Assembly (NCBI GenBank): GCA_965204455.1
Contig: CBDBEO010000001.1
Location: 390,135-454,134 of the forward strand
Length of the DNA: 64,000 nt
Direction of reading: 5' to 3'
Source: an uncultured Candidatus Binatia bacterium
GTDB taxonomy: Bacteria > Desulfobacterota > Binatia > Bin18
The position numbers were made by a program, and so were the translations under genes. Below are positions 38,582 to 47,043 of this stretch, one piece after another. A model generated the notes under the pieces. That model was not told the origin of the DNA, did not search any database, and saw only the letters and a list, made by a program, of their open reading frames with translations. The first letter of the stretch is position 1; the number at the start of each line of letters is the position of its first letter.

Positions 38582-39823
38582 TCACAGCATATCGGAAAAG
38601 CTGCCCTGACCGGGGACGAACAGGCGGCTGTAGAAGCGCATCGCGTACGAGTCGGTCATGCTGGACAGAAAATCGCAGATGACCCGCTTGCAGGCCGCTT
38701 CGTCCCCCTCGCCCAGGGCGCGCTGGTAGCGCTCGGCCTGCTCTTCGGGCAGTAGACCGACCGACTCGCGGCCCTGGTCCAGCACCTCAAACAGACGCGC
38801 CAGAACCGTTTGGCCCTTGTAGCCAAGGGTGGCCACGCGCGGGTTACGAATCACTTTCTGAGACTCAAAGGCTTTCAGGACTTCGATCCGCACCCGCTCG
38901 GAAAAGGCCGCGTCAATGCGACCGGTTGGCTGGACCTCGACCGTACTGGCAAAGGCCGAGATGAGGTCGCGGGTCAGCATCTTATGCGCCGCCCGGCCGG
39001 CCGTGTGTTCCAGGGCGTCGAGCTGGGTCGCGAGCTGGGTCAGCACCGCGCCGGCCGTTTCAGCATCGACCGTCCGGTGCCAGGCGCCGAGCGCAGCGTT
39101 GACCTCGGGCAGCAGACGCTGGGCCGGAAAGCGGCGAAAGTCGGCCAGCGTGATCAGGCCGGCTTGCAGGCTGTCTTCGATGTCGTGGACCGAATAGGCG
39201 ATATCATCGGCCACGTCCATGATCTGGCACTCCGGGCTGCGCTGCTGACCGCTGCCGGTCGCCCGGCTGATCGCCTCAACCAGCTCACGATCTGCGGTGT
39301 AATAGCCCTTGACCGGTTCGTGCCCGGACGGAAGCAGCTCTGCGGCATTGAGACAGGTCTTGTATTTCAGCAGCCCGTCGAGGCTGGGGTAGGTGAGGTT
39401 CAGGCCCGGATAGGCGGTGTGTTTGTGTTCGAGCCGGGTCACGATGCGGAAGGTCTGGGCGTTGGCCTCAAAGCCGCCATAGGGCCGCATGCGGTCGTGC
39501 AGGAGGCGTTCCCCGGCGTGGCCGAAGGGGGCGTGGCCAAGGTCGTGGGCCAGGCAGACCGTCTCGACCAGGTCGGTATCCGCGCCCAGCGCCAGGGCAA
39601 TGCCCTTGGCAATCTGGGCGACTTCAAGCGAGTGGGTCAGCCGGGTCCGAAAGAAATCGCCCTCATACACCCCGAACACCTGGGTTTTGCCCTGGAGGCG
39701 CCGAAACGCGGCCGAGTGGATGATGCGCGCCCGGTCGTGTTCAAACTCGGATCGGTGGTCGTTGGCCGGTCGTGGCGGCTCCAGGGTATGCCGACGGGCG
39801 TCTGAGGGACGGGCGAACTGCAC
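38582..39823 (-). CDS. dgt: dGTP triphosphohydrolase-like HD-domain protein (Dgt family).
   Basis: RTRLTHSLEVAQIAKGIALALG...CLAHDLGHAPFGHAGE (HD motif)...IMDVADDIAYSVHDIED. Confidence 0.85.
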   Translation of the reverse strand: MQFARPSDARRHTLEPPRPANDHRSEFEHDRARIIHSAAFRRLQGKTQVFGVYEGDFFRTRLTHSLEVAQIAKGIALALGADTDLVETVCLAHDLGHAPFGHAGERLLHDRMRPYGGFEANAQTFRIVTRLEHKHTAYPGLNLTYPSLDGLLKYKTCLNAAELLPSGHEPVKGYYTADRELVEAISRATGSGQQRSPECQIMDVADDIAYSVHDIEDSLQAGLITLADFRRFPAQRLLPEVNAALGAWHRTVDAETAGAVLTQLATQLDALEHTAGRAAHKMLTRDLISAFASTVEVQPTGRIDAAFSERVRIEVLKAFESQKVIRNPRVATLGYKGQTVLARLFEVLDQGRESVGLLPEEQAERYQRALGEGDEAACKRVICDFLSSMTDSYAMRFYSRLFVPGQGSFSDML

Positions 39824-39892
39824 GCTGCTGACTCCTTACTACTGACTTGTCGGATCAGGATAAACGACGCGGCGTGAGCTGCGCAACTACAC

Positions 39893-40744
39893 TCAGGGTG
39901 AAACGCCGGAAGCGCGGGCAAAACGCCGGTCGAGTTCCCGCTTGGCCTGTTTTCTGAGCTGGATGCAATCGCCATAGCGCCAGGAAGTCCTGAGCCAATC
40001 CCACACGCCCCCCTGCTGAAAGGGATTCATGGCTTGGGCGAAGCTCAGCACGCCCGACTGCGGCTTTTCGATTTGCAGCAGGGAACGCAGATTTTCCACA
40101 ACCGGTCCTTGGAGGGTCAGGCGGGCGCTCGTGCGGGTGTTTTCCAGCACCAGATTGAGGGCATACGCCCCTTCCCGGACCGGGATATCCCTGGCGTACA
40201 GACGCAGCTCGGGGGGGTGGCGGTGTTCGCGTGCCGACTGCGGGTCGCGCTCCTCGGGTTCCGCGAAGCGCTCCCAGTCCAGCTCTCCGCCAGGAGACAG
40301 CCGATACTCCTGCTCTCCGCCCTGGCCGGCCGCAACCTGGACGTAGCGGGTGAAAACCGGGCCGGTGATTGTTTGCTGCGTCTGCGCGGCGACGAGTTGG
40401 AAGGCGAGCCCGAAGGTGTCACCGTACCACTCGGGCGGAAGCGCCAGCCGCTTTTTTTCAATCAGCAGAGAAACGCCGTTCGGCCCGGGCGGTCCGGCGA
40501 TCCATCCTACCTGAACCTTGGCCAGCACCAGCGCTCGGGAGCGGCCGTCGGGCGGGCGTTTCTCGAACAAAGCGTAGGCCTGCCGGTAGGCGCCGTAGCC
40601 GTGGCCGAGTTCGGAGCACAGGTGGTCGAAACGCAGGGGGTGGTCGCGGTCGAAAGCGACCATCTGCTGCTGAGTCAGAGCGGTGCTGGCAGACAACACG
40701 AACAGAGCGGTGACGGCAGTAATTTTCGCCATAGTCTTGGGCAT
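39893..40744 (-). CDS. Secreted hypothetical protein.
   Basis: Signal peptide MAKITAVTALFVLSASTA. No family recognised. Confidence 0.45.
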   Translation of the reverse strand: MPKTMAKITAVTALFVLSASTALTQQQMVAFDRDHPLRFDHLCSELGHGYGAYRQAYALFEKRPPDGRSRALVLAKVQVGWIAGPPGPNGVSLLIEKKRLALPPEWYGDTFGLAFQLVAAQTQQTITGPVFTRYVQVAAGQGGEQEYRLSPGGELDWERFAEPEERDPQSAREHRHPPELRLYARDIPVREGAYALNLVLENTRTSARLTLQGPVVENLRSLLQIEKPQSGVLSFAQAMNPFQQGGVWDWLRTSWRYGDCIQLRKQAKRELDRRFARASGVSP

Positions 40745-40864
40745 CTCTTCGACGGGCTCCGGCAAATCACACGGGCCTCCCCCTTTTGCTGGGGCCTATG
40801 AGGCCAGCATAAACGACGCCGCTGCGGGTGCAAGCAACCCGGTGCGAAGTAGCTGCCGCCCCGA

Positions 40865-41094
40865 TCAGGAGCCGGTTTTGGAGTGCTGAGAGCCGGACAG
40901 GAAAATGACCAGGCCCACCGCCAGACAGCTGCTCCCGCACACGTACATGGGGGTAAAGCCGGCCTGACTGGCGATGCTGCCCATCAGCACCCCGCCCAGC
41001 CCCATGCCGAGATCGAGCCCCTGGGCGAAGGTGGCCATGCCCAGGCCGCGTCGTTCGGGTGTCAGGCGGTCGATCATCCACGCGCCGGCGGCAG
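40865..41094 (-). pseudogene. 3' remnant (last ~75 codons) of an MFS-type transporter gene. Truncated at the boundary of the low-GC R-M island.
   Basis: C-terminal TM helices (...GMATFAQGLDLGMGLGGVLMGSIASQAGFTPMYVCGSSCLAVGLVIFLSG). The upstream frame stops (TAA) exactly where GC content drops at ~41095. Confidence 0.55.
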
Positions 41095-41127
41095 CAAATC
41101 TTTACCTGTTATGTAGAGAATAGGTTC

Positions 41128-41829
41128 ATGATCCTGCTGGCCATCGGGTGGGTGTCGGAAAAGGCTGGACATCCTCCCTGGGGCATGAATAATAATCCAG
41201 TGGACATTGAAGAGGAAATACGACGCCTCGCCGACAAGTACGCCGCGAATCTCGAAGCCCGTGTTGAGCGTCGCGTGAAGGAAATGGAATCGGATGACAG
41301 GAGCCATCACCTGATCTATCGTGTCCTCGGCGTGGCCGACGAGGAAGGGAGTCTCATAGACATCTACCAGAACAAAGGACGGTTCCTTTATAGATATGCA
41401 GGATCGTTCTTGGAAGAAGCGGCGAAGCTCTGTTTCCGCGAGAGGTATCCAGACTCTGCTTCCGTCCGAATACCGAACACCTTGGGGCAGCGCCCCAAAA
41501 CTTTCGAGATCGACTGCCTTGTTGAAGACCGGGACGCGGTAGAGATTAAGTGGCGGGATGCGACAACGGACGGGGATCACGTCACCAAGGAACATACGCG
41601 CCTGCAAAACATCAAAGCCGCTGGCTACAAGCCTATCCGCGTCATGTTCTACTATCCAAATCGAGAACAAGCGCGACGAATCCAAAACACGCTTGAAACT
41701 CTCTACAGGGGTATAGGCGGCGAGTACTATTACGGAGGAGGCGCGTGGCGGTATATCAGGGAATATACAGGAGTCGATCTGAAGACCATCCTGGAAAGGA
41801 TCGCAGATGAGCGCCCTCGGAATGCCTGA
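41128..41829 (+). CDS. Type II restriction endonuclease candidate (PD-(D/E)xK fold).
   Basis: FEIDCLVEDRDAVEIKWRD (D...E.K catalytic motif). Located in a low-GC (~45%) island. Its last 23 nt overlap the methyltransferase gene. Confidence 0.6.
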   Translation: MILLAIGWVSEKAGHPPWGMNNNPVDIEEEIRRLADKYAANLEARVERRVKEMESDDRSHHLIYRVLGVADEEGSLIDIYQNKGRFLYRYAGSFLEEAAKLCFRERYPDSASVRIPNTLGQRPKTFEIDCLVEDRDAVEIKWRDATTDGDHVTKEHTRLQNIKAAGYKPIRVMFYYPNREQARRIQNTLETLYRGIGGEYYYGGGAWRYIREYTGVDLKTILERIADERPRNA

Positions 41830-43084
41830 GGCGAGAACGTACGTGGGCGACTGCCTAGATGTCCTCCGCGATATAGAGCCGTCATCGGTCGATCTTGCCT
41901 ATATTGACCCACCGTTCTTTACGCAGAAGATACACAGATTAAACACAAGAGACGGGTCTACGACATTCAGCTTCCGGGATATTTGGGACAGCGATCGTTC
42001 CTACTCCGATTTTATCTGTCAGCGAATTCGCCGCACACGGACTGTCCTGAAGAGTTCCGGCAGCCTGTTCTTCCATTGCGATAAAGCAGCATCCCATATT
42101 ATTCGTTTCTTACTTGATAGTATATTCGGGCCTGAGCAGTTTCGATCCGAGATAATTTGGTCTTTTAGAAGATGGTCGAATACAAAAAAGGGTTTGTTGC
42201 CGGCTCACCAGACAATTTTCTTTTACTCGAAGACTGACGACTTCAAATTCAATACATCCTACCAGGAATATTCGCCCTCAACAAACATCGACCAGATCAT
42301 GCAGAAGCGGATTCGGGATTTCCGTAACAAGACGATTTATGCACGGAATGAGAAAGGTGAGGTTGTTGGAAACGGGACCAAAAAAGGTGTTCCCTTGTCG
42401 GATGTCTGGGAGATCCCATTTCTCAATCCAAAAGCGAAAGAGCGTGTTGGTTTCCCCACTCAGAAGCCAATTCTCTTGATGAAGCGAATCGTTGAACTTG
42501 TGACAGATGAGGGGGATTGGATTCTGGACCCGTTTTGCGGCAGTGGTACGACGCTCGTTACCTCGAAACTCCTCAACAGGAACTCCATAGGGATGGATGT
42601 TTCCGAGGAAGCTGTCGAACTGACAAAACGAAGGCTTGAGACTCCTCTCGTTACAGAGTCGCCCTTGGTCCAGAGAGGGAGAGAATCCTACCGTCAACAT
42701 GAATCGTATGCCGCTGCGCATCTCTTTGGTGTCGCCTACACACCTGTTCATCGAAACGCAGGTATCGATGGCCTGTTGAAAGAGGAAGTTGACGGACTCC
42801 CCGTATTCGTTCGCGTTCAGCGCGAAGAAGAATCCGTCAGTCAGGCTGCCTCTGCTTTGAGGAAGGCAGCGAGAAATAAAGGCGATTGCAGGCTGGTGGT
42901 TATCGCTACACACGCAGATTTGTTTGATTCCGGCCGTTTCGCCGCGGTCGATGTCATTCCATCGACCGCGTTCGTGTTGAACGAGTACACCAATAAAAGA
43001 AGGGTGAGCAGGCAACGCGACCTCCGCGCCGGCGACGAGGGACTTATCTCCCGCGGCCAGAAACACAACCCGAATGGAGTCTGA
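41807..43084 (+). CDS. Beta-class amino-DNA methyltransferase (N6-adenine or N4-cytosine) with a C-terminal Mrr-cat-like (restriction-endonuclease-like) domain.
   Basis: Motif IV DPPF (AYIDPPFF) precedes motif I (LDPFCGSGTT), the beta-class order. The C-terminal ~140 aa contain NAGIDGLL...VFVRVQRE...CRLVVIATHADLF (Mrr_cat-like GIDG/QxK region with K replaced by E). Confidence 0.75.
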   Translation: MSALGMPEARTYVGDCLDVLRDIEPSSVDLAYIDPPFFTQKIHRLNTRDGSTTFSFRDIWDSDRSYSDFICQRIRRTRTVLKSSGSLFFHCDKAASHIIRFLLDSIFGPEQFRSEIIWSFRRWSNTKKGLLPAHQTIFFYSKTDDFKFNTSYQEYSPSTNIDQIMQKRIRDFRNKTIYARNEKGEVVGNGTKKGVPLSDVWEIPFLNPKAKERVGFPTQKPILLMKRIVELVTDEGDWILDPFCGSGTTLVTSKLLNRNSIGMDVSEEAVELTKRRLETPLVTESPLVQRGRESYRQHESYAAAHLFGVAYTPVHRNAGIDGLLKEEVDGLPVFVRVQREEESVSQAASALRKAARNKGDCRLVVIATHADLFDSGRFAAVDVIPSTAFVLNEYTNKRRVSRQRDLRAGDEGLISRGQKHNPNGV

Positions 43085-43190
43085 CGGAATCCGGGAATGG
43101 GCGGTTACCCGCCGAGAATCGGGCTTCGGCTCGGCAGTAGCAAATCCGCACCGGCTGTGCTCTAATCGCGGGCCGAACAGGAGGGCTGCC

Positions 43191-44360
43191 ATGTCGATTG
43201 AAACCCTGAAGGACAAAGCCGCGATTGTCGGTGTCGGCCACACCGAGTACTCCAAGGATTCGGGGCGCAGTGAGATCAGCCTGGCCATTGAGTGCATTCA
43301 GCGGGCGATTGACGATGCGGGTCTGCAAACCAGCGACATTGACGGGATTGCCAAGTATACGATGGACAATAACGACCCGGTCGAGCTGGCCGCCCACCTC
43401 GGGGTGCCCGAGCTGCGCTTCTTCGGCGAGGTGGCCTACGGCGGGGGCGGCGGGCCGGTCGGCTCGATCCTGCTGGCGGCCATGGCGGTGGCGACCGGTA
43501 TGGCCGAGACGGTCATTGCCTTTCGGGCCATGAACGAGCGCTCCGGTCGGGGCACGCCCCGCTTTGGACAGGCTGCGGTGCGCCGCGGCACGCCGGGAGT
43601 CGGCGCCTACCTCGAACCCTACGGTCTGTTCAGTCCGGCCCAGATGGTGGCCCTGGCGGCCCGGCGGCATATGCATTTGTACGGCACCAAGAGCGAACAT
43701 TTTGGCGCTATTGCCGTTGCCTGCCGCACCCACGCTCAGACCAATCCCAACGCGGTCATGCGCGACCGGCCGATCAGCATTGAGGACCACCAGAACTCGC
43801 GCATGATCGCCGACCCGCTGCGCCTGCTCGACTGTTGTCTGGAAACCGACGGCGGGGCTGCGGTGGTGGTCACCAGCGCCGAGCGGGCCAGAGACCTGAA
43901 ACACACGCCGGCGTACATCATGAGCGGCGGGTTCGGAGCGGGCGAGTGGAATACCCAGCGGGTGGTCAAGGATATTGAGAGCCGGGAGACCGAATCAACC
44001 GTCGTGGCCAAAGCCATGTTCGGCCGGGCCGGCATCAGCCACGCCGACCTTGATGTGTGCTACCTGTACGACCACTTCACGCCGCTGGTGCTGATGGCTT
44101 TTGAAGAACTCGGCTTTTGTGAGCGCGGCGAGGGCGGACCGTTTGTGTCGGACGGCAAACTGCTGTGGCCGAACGGCAGCCTGCCGTTCAATACCAGCGG
44201 CGGCAACCTGTCCGAGGGCTATATCCACGGCATGGAAAACATTGTGGAAGCCGTGCGTCAGCTGCGCGGCCAAGCCATCAACCAGGTCAAGGATGCCGAG
44301 ATTGCCCTGGTAACCTCGGGCAACGGTGTGCCCAATACGGGCATGATTCTTCATAATTAG
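43191..44360 (+). CDS. Thiolase-like protein (SCP-x / lipid-transfer-protein type, nonspecific 3-ketoacyl-CoA thiolase family).
   Basis: AAIVGVGHTEYSKDSGRSE..., CLETDGGAAVVVTS, YLYDHFTPLVLMAFEELGF, NTSGGNLSEGYIHGM. GGAGGG RBS. Confidence 0.7.
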   Translation: MSIETLKDKAAIVGVGHTEYSKDSGRSEISLAIECIQRAIDDAGLQTSDIDGIAKYTMDNNDPVELAAHLGVPELRFFGEVAYGGGGGPVGSILLAAMAVATGMAETVIAFRAMNERSGRGTPRFGQAAVRRGTPGVGAYLEPYGLFSPAQMVALAARRHMHLYGTKSEHFGAIAVACRTHAQTNPNAVMRDRPISIEDHQNSRMIADPLRLLDCCLETDGGAAVVVTSAERARDLKHTPAYIMSGGFGAGEWNTQRVVKDIESRETESTVVAKAMFGRAGISHADLDVCYLYDHFTPLVLMAFEELGFCERGEGGPFVSDGKLLWPNGSLPFNTSGGNLSEGYIHGMENIVEAVRQLRGQAINQVKDAEIALVTSGNGVPNTGMILHN

Positions 44361-44421
44361 CCCCGCGTCTAGGTTGATTCCGGGTAACTGCGGGGGACCA
44401 ACCCAGGGCAACCACACGCCC

Positions 44422-44616
44422 CTACGGGTCGCCCGAACGGGGCGTATAGCCCGGACACTCCAGGACCGGCAGACGGGGGTATTTGGCGTAGCGGTCATCC
44501 TCCTCCGCCCGCGAGCAGTACAAAAAGCGCGAGCCTTTGGCGCTGATGATTTCGCGCGCATAGACACATGCTTGACATAAGCCGGGCTGCGGCTGGGCGG
44601 GACGGTGTGTGTCCAT
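44422..44616 (-). CDS. Small Cys4 hypothetical protein (64 aa).
   Basis: CQAC...C...C spacing (GLCQACVYAREIISAKGSRFLYCSRAEEDDRYAKYPRLPVLECPGY). Family not recognised. Confidence 0.35.
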   Translation of the reverse strand: MDTHRPAQPQPGLCQACVYAREIISAKGSRFLYCSRAEEDDRYAKYPRLPVLECPGYTPRSGDP

Positions 44617-44628
44617 ACCAGCCCCTGT

Positions 44629-45288
44629 CTACTCGGCCCCGACCAGCGGCCGCAGGTCGGCCGCCAGCCGGTCCAGAATCACGCCGAGGTTGTGGCTCAT
44701 GGCTTCGGCGACCGCAGCCGGGTTGCGCTTGGCGGCCTGGTGCGTGACCGCGTACGACTCGAACCAGACCGGGGTGCGCTGCGGCGGGCGGGTCAGCCAG
44801 ACCTCGATTTCCAGGGCGGCTTCCCAGGTCTCGTCGCGGTCAAGCTCTTCGATGTGGCGCAGCGTCCCGCCCAGGACGTAGTCGGCGTCGCCCTCCGGGG
44901 TGGGGAAGACCTTGGCGAACAGCCCGCTGCTGCGCAGATAGCGACGCGTCCAGTCCGTCACCTGGGCCGCAGGCGCGCTGGCCCAGCGATGGTAGGTGTA
45001 GAAGTCGAGTTGATACGGCGAGGAGCGGTAGACCAGACGCTGCTGGTCGTAGGGGTCATGGGCGCGAAAGGCGTGGACGACCAGGGTCGGGCTGGCCGGG
45101 CTGCTCGGCTCGGGAAGCTGTGGCAGAGCCAGGACATAATACTGGACGCTGGGGGCCGGCTGGGTCAGGCTACAGCCCGGCAGGCCGCACATCAGCAGGC
45201 CGCACAAGAGCGGCGGGGACAGCGCGGCGCGGACCGCGCGCCCGTCTTTCCAGAGCAATCTCCAGAGTAACATCCAGAGTAATCTCAT
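44629..45288 (-). CDS. ABC-transport auxiliary lipoprotein (PqiC/YmbA, DUF330 family).
   Basis: Lipobox LPGC after a hydrophobic N-terminus. Conserved YYVL...V..F.A....D...L.Y pattern. ATGA-coupled to the upstream MCE gene. Confidence 0.7.
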   Translation of the reverse strand: MRLLWMLLWRLLWKDGRAVRAALSPPLLCGLLMCGLPGCSLTQPAPSVQYYVLALPQLPEPSSPASPTLVVHAFRAHDPYDQQRLVYRSSPYQLDFYTYHRWASAPAAQVTDWTRRYLRSSGLFAKVFPTPEGDADYVLGGTLRHIEELDRDETWEAALEIEVWLTRPPQRTPVWFESYAVTHQAAKRNPAAVAEAMSHNLGVILDRLAADLRPLVGAE

Positions 45289-46220
45289 GGATCGGGCAGC
45301 TCTCGCGGCGGTCTGTTTTTGCCCCAGATGAGGCCCGACGGATCGGTCCGGATCGTATCGCTGGCCTCTTTGAGGTCGTACGAGGCATCGGCCAGGTTGG
45401 TCAACAGCTGGCGGAGTTCAGACCGGTTTTCAACCACCAACTCGTCGATGTGCCTGGTCAGCTGGGCGACCTCATCCGCCAGCCGGGCGGTCATTGCTGC
45501 GGTCTGGCGAATCTGGACCAGCATCGTCTGACCATCCCGGAAGAGTTCGTCCCGGACCTCATTGATGGCCATGGTGGTATGCCTGATCCCGGCTGCGGCC
45601 TCGGCCAGATTCTTGACCATATCTCTGAGGGCCAGCTGGGTCTCGGGCGTGGCAATCTCGTCAAGAGCGGTCCGCAGGTTCTCGGCCAGGACCGACATGC
45701 TGTGGAGAAACGTGGTGATGGCCTCACGGTTTTGCCGGCTCAGCAGGTCTTGTTCAATGCGGGTGAGGGTGGTGAGCAAACGCTGGGCGATTTCGCTGGC
45801 CCGGTCTCGGAACTCCTCAAGACCACCCTCACGGACCACAATCGTTCCGCCGGGTTCCAGCAGGGGGACATCCACCGAGCCCCCCTCAAGCTGGACAAAC
45901 CGAATCCCGGTCACAAACGAGCCGACCAGATGGGCAATCGTGTTGCGCCGGACCGGCGTCCCGGGCTGGAGGGCGATGACGACCTGGGCACGCGGTGGTG
46001 TCTCGGCGGTCAGATACACGCCTTCCACCTTGCCGACCGTGACGCCCTGATACTCGACGGCCGCGCCGGGCAACAGCCCGCTGACCGACTTGGCGAAGTA
46101 GATGGTGTAGGTATCGACCGGCTGGAGAAAACGGGAGCCGGCCAGCCACAGCAGGGTTGCGGCAAACAGAAAAAAACTCAGGGTGATAAACAGACCAACT
46201 TTGAGCCGGGTTGTGCCCAT
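45285..46220 (-). CDS. MCE-family substrate-binding protein (MlaD/PqiB-like) with a long C-terminal helical region.
   Basis: N-terminal TM (VGLFITLSFFLFAATLLWL), then an MCE domain (YTIYFAKSVSGLLPGAAVEYQGVTVGKVEGV), then coiled-coil-like sequence. GGAG RBS. Confidence 0.8.
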   Translation of the reverse strand: MGTTRLKVGLFITLSFFLFAATLLWLAGSRFLQPVDTYTIYFAKSVSGLLPGAAVEYQGVTVGKVEGVYLTAETPPRAQVVIALQPGTPVRRNTIAHLVGSFVTGIRFVQLEGGSVDVPLLEPGGTIVVREGGLEEFRDRASEIAQRLLTTLTRIEQDLLSRQNREAITTFLHSMSVLAENLRTALDEIATPETQLALRDMVKNLAEAAAGIRHTTMAINEVRDELFRDGQTMLVQIRQTAAMTARLADEVAQLTRHIDELVVENRSELRQLLTNLADASYDLKEASDTIRTDPSGLIWGKNRPPRELPDP

Positions 46221-46221
46221 A

Positions 46222-47028
46222 TCAGGCTCCGTCGGTGAGGCGTTCGAGCAGTCCGTGCCGCAGCCCGGCCGGCCGCGGCCGGCGGTCAAAGAACGCCTGC
46301 ACCTGCGGCAGAGCCATGGCCTGGACCTCGGCCAGCGGGCCGGCCGCCAACACGCGTCCATCGTGCAGCATAATGGCTCGGTCCGCAATCATCTGAATGC
46401 TGCCCAGCTCGTGGGTCACAATCAGGATGGCCATGTCAAACTGGGCTTTGAGGCGCAGGACGAGTTCGTCAAGCTCGCGCGCCGTCACCGGGTCCAGGCC
46501 GGCCGACAGCTCGTCGAACAGCAGCAGGGCCGGGTCGAGGGCCAGCGCACGGGCAACCGCAGCCCGTTTTTTCATGCCGCCGCTCAGCTCGGCCGGCAGC
46601 AGCCGGGCGGCGTGTTCCAGGCCGACCAGCGAGAGCTTCATCCGCGCCAGCATCCGGGCCGTTTCTACCGGCGCCCGGGTGTGTTCCAGAATCGGCAGCA
46701 TCACATTCTCTTCCACGCTCATCGAGTTGAACAGCGCCCCGCCCTGAAAGGACATGCCGACATTGCGCAGGATGGCTTCCCGCTCCGCTTCGCCCGCCCG
46801 GTGGACGTCCCGCCCGTCGATCAAGACCCGGCCTGAGCTGGGCGTCAGCAGACCGACGATATGACGCAGCAGGGTGGTTTTGCCACAGCCGCTGCCGCCC
46901 AGAATGACGGTAATTTCTCCCCGTCGAGCCTGCACGCTGACCCCGTTGAGCACGGTCTGGTCGCCGTAGCCGGCGACCAGATTCTCAACTCTGACGTAGG
47001 CAGGTGCGGAACTGGGCGTGTTCGGCAT
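46222..47028 (-). CDS. ABC transporter ATP-binding protein (MlaF/Mkl-like).
   Basis: GGSGCGKTT (Walker A), LSGGMKKRAAVARAL (signature), LLLFDELSAGLD (Walker B). Confidence 0.9.
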   Translation of the reverse strand: MPNTPSSAPAYVRVENLVAGYGDQTVLNGVSVQARRGEITVILGGSGCGKTTLLRHIVGLLTPSSGRVLIDGRDVHRAGEAEREAILRNVGMSFQGGALFNSMSVEENVMLPILEHTRAPVETARMLARMKLSLVGLEHAARLLPAELSGGMKKRAAVARALALDPALLLFDELSAGLDPVTARELDELVLRLKAQFDMAILIVTHELGSIQMIADRAIMLHDGRVLAAGPLAEVQAMALPQVQAFFDRRPRPAGLRHGLLERLTDGA

Positions 47029-47043
47029 GGCTCGTCTCGTCCC

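Noticed and set aside
44609-46238. Plus-strand ORFs (44605-45270, 45120-46238) over the PqiC-like/MCE genes
   Set aside because: Antisense artefacts opposite an operon with coupled starts and family motifs.
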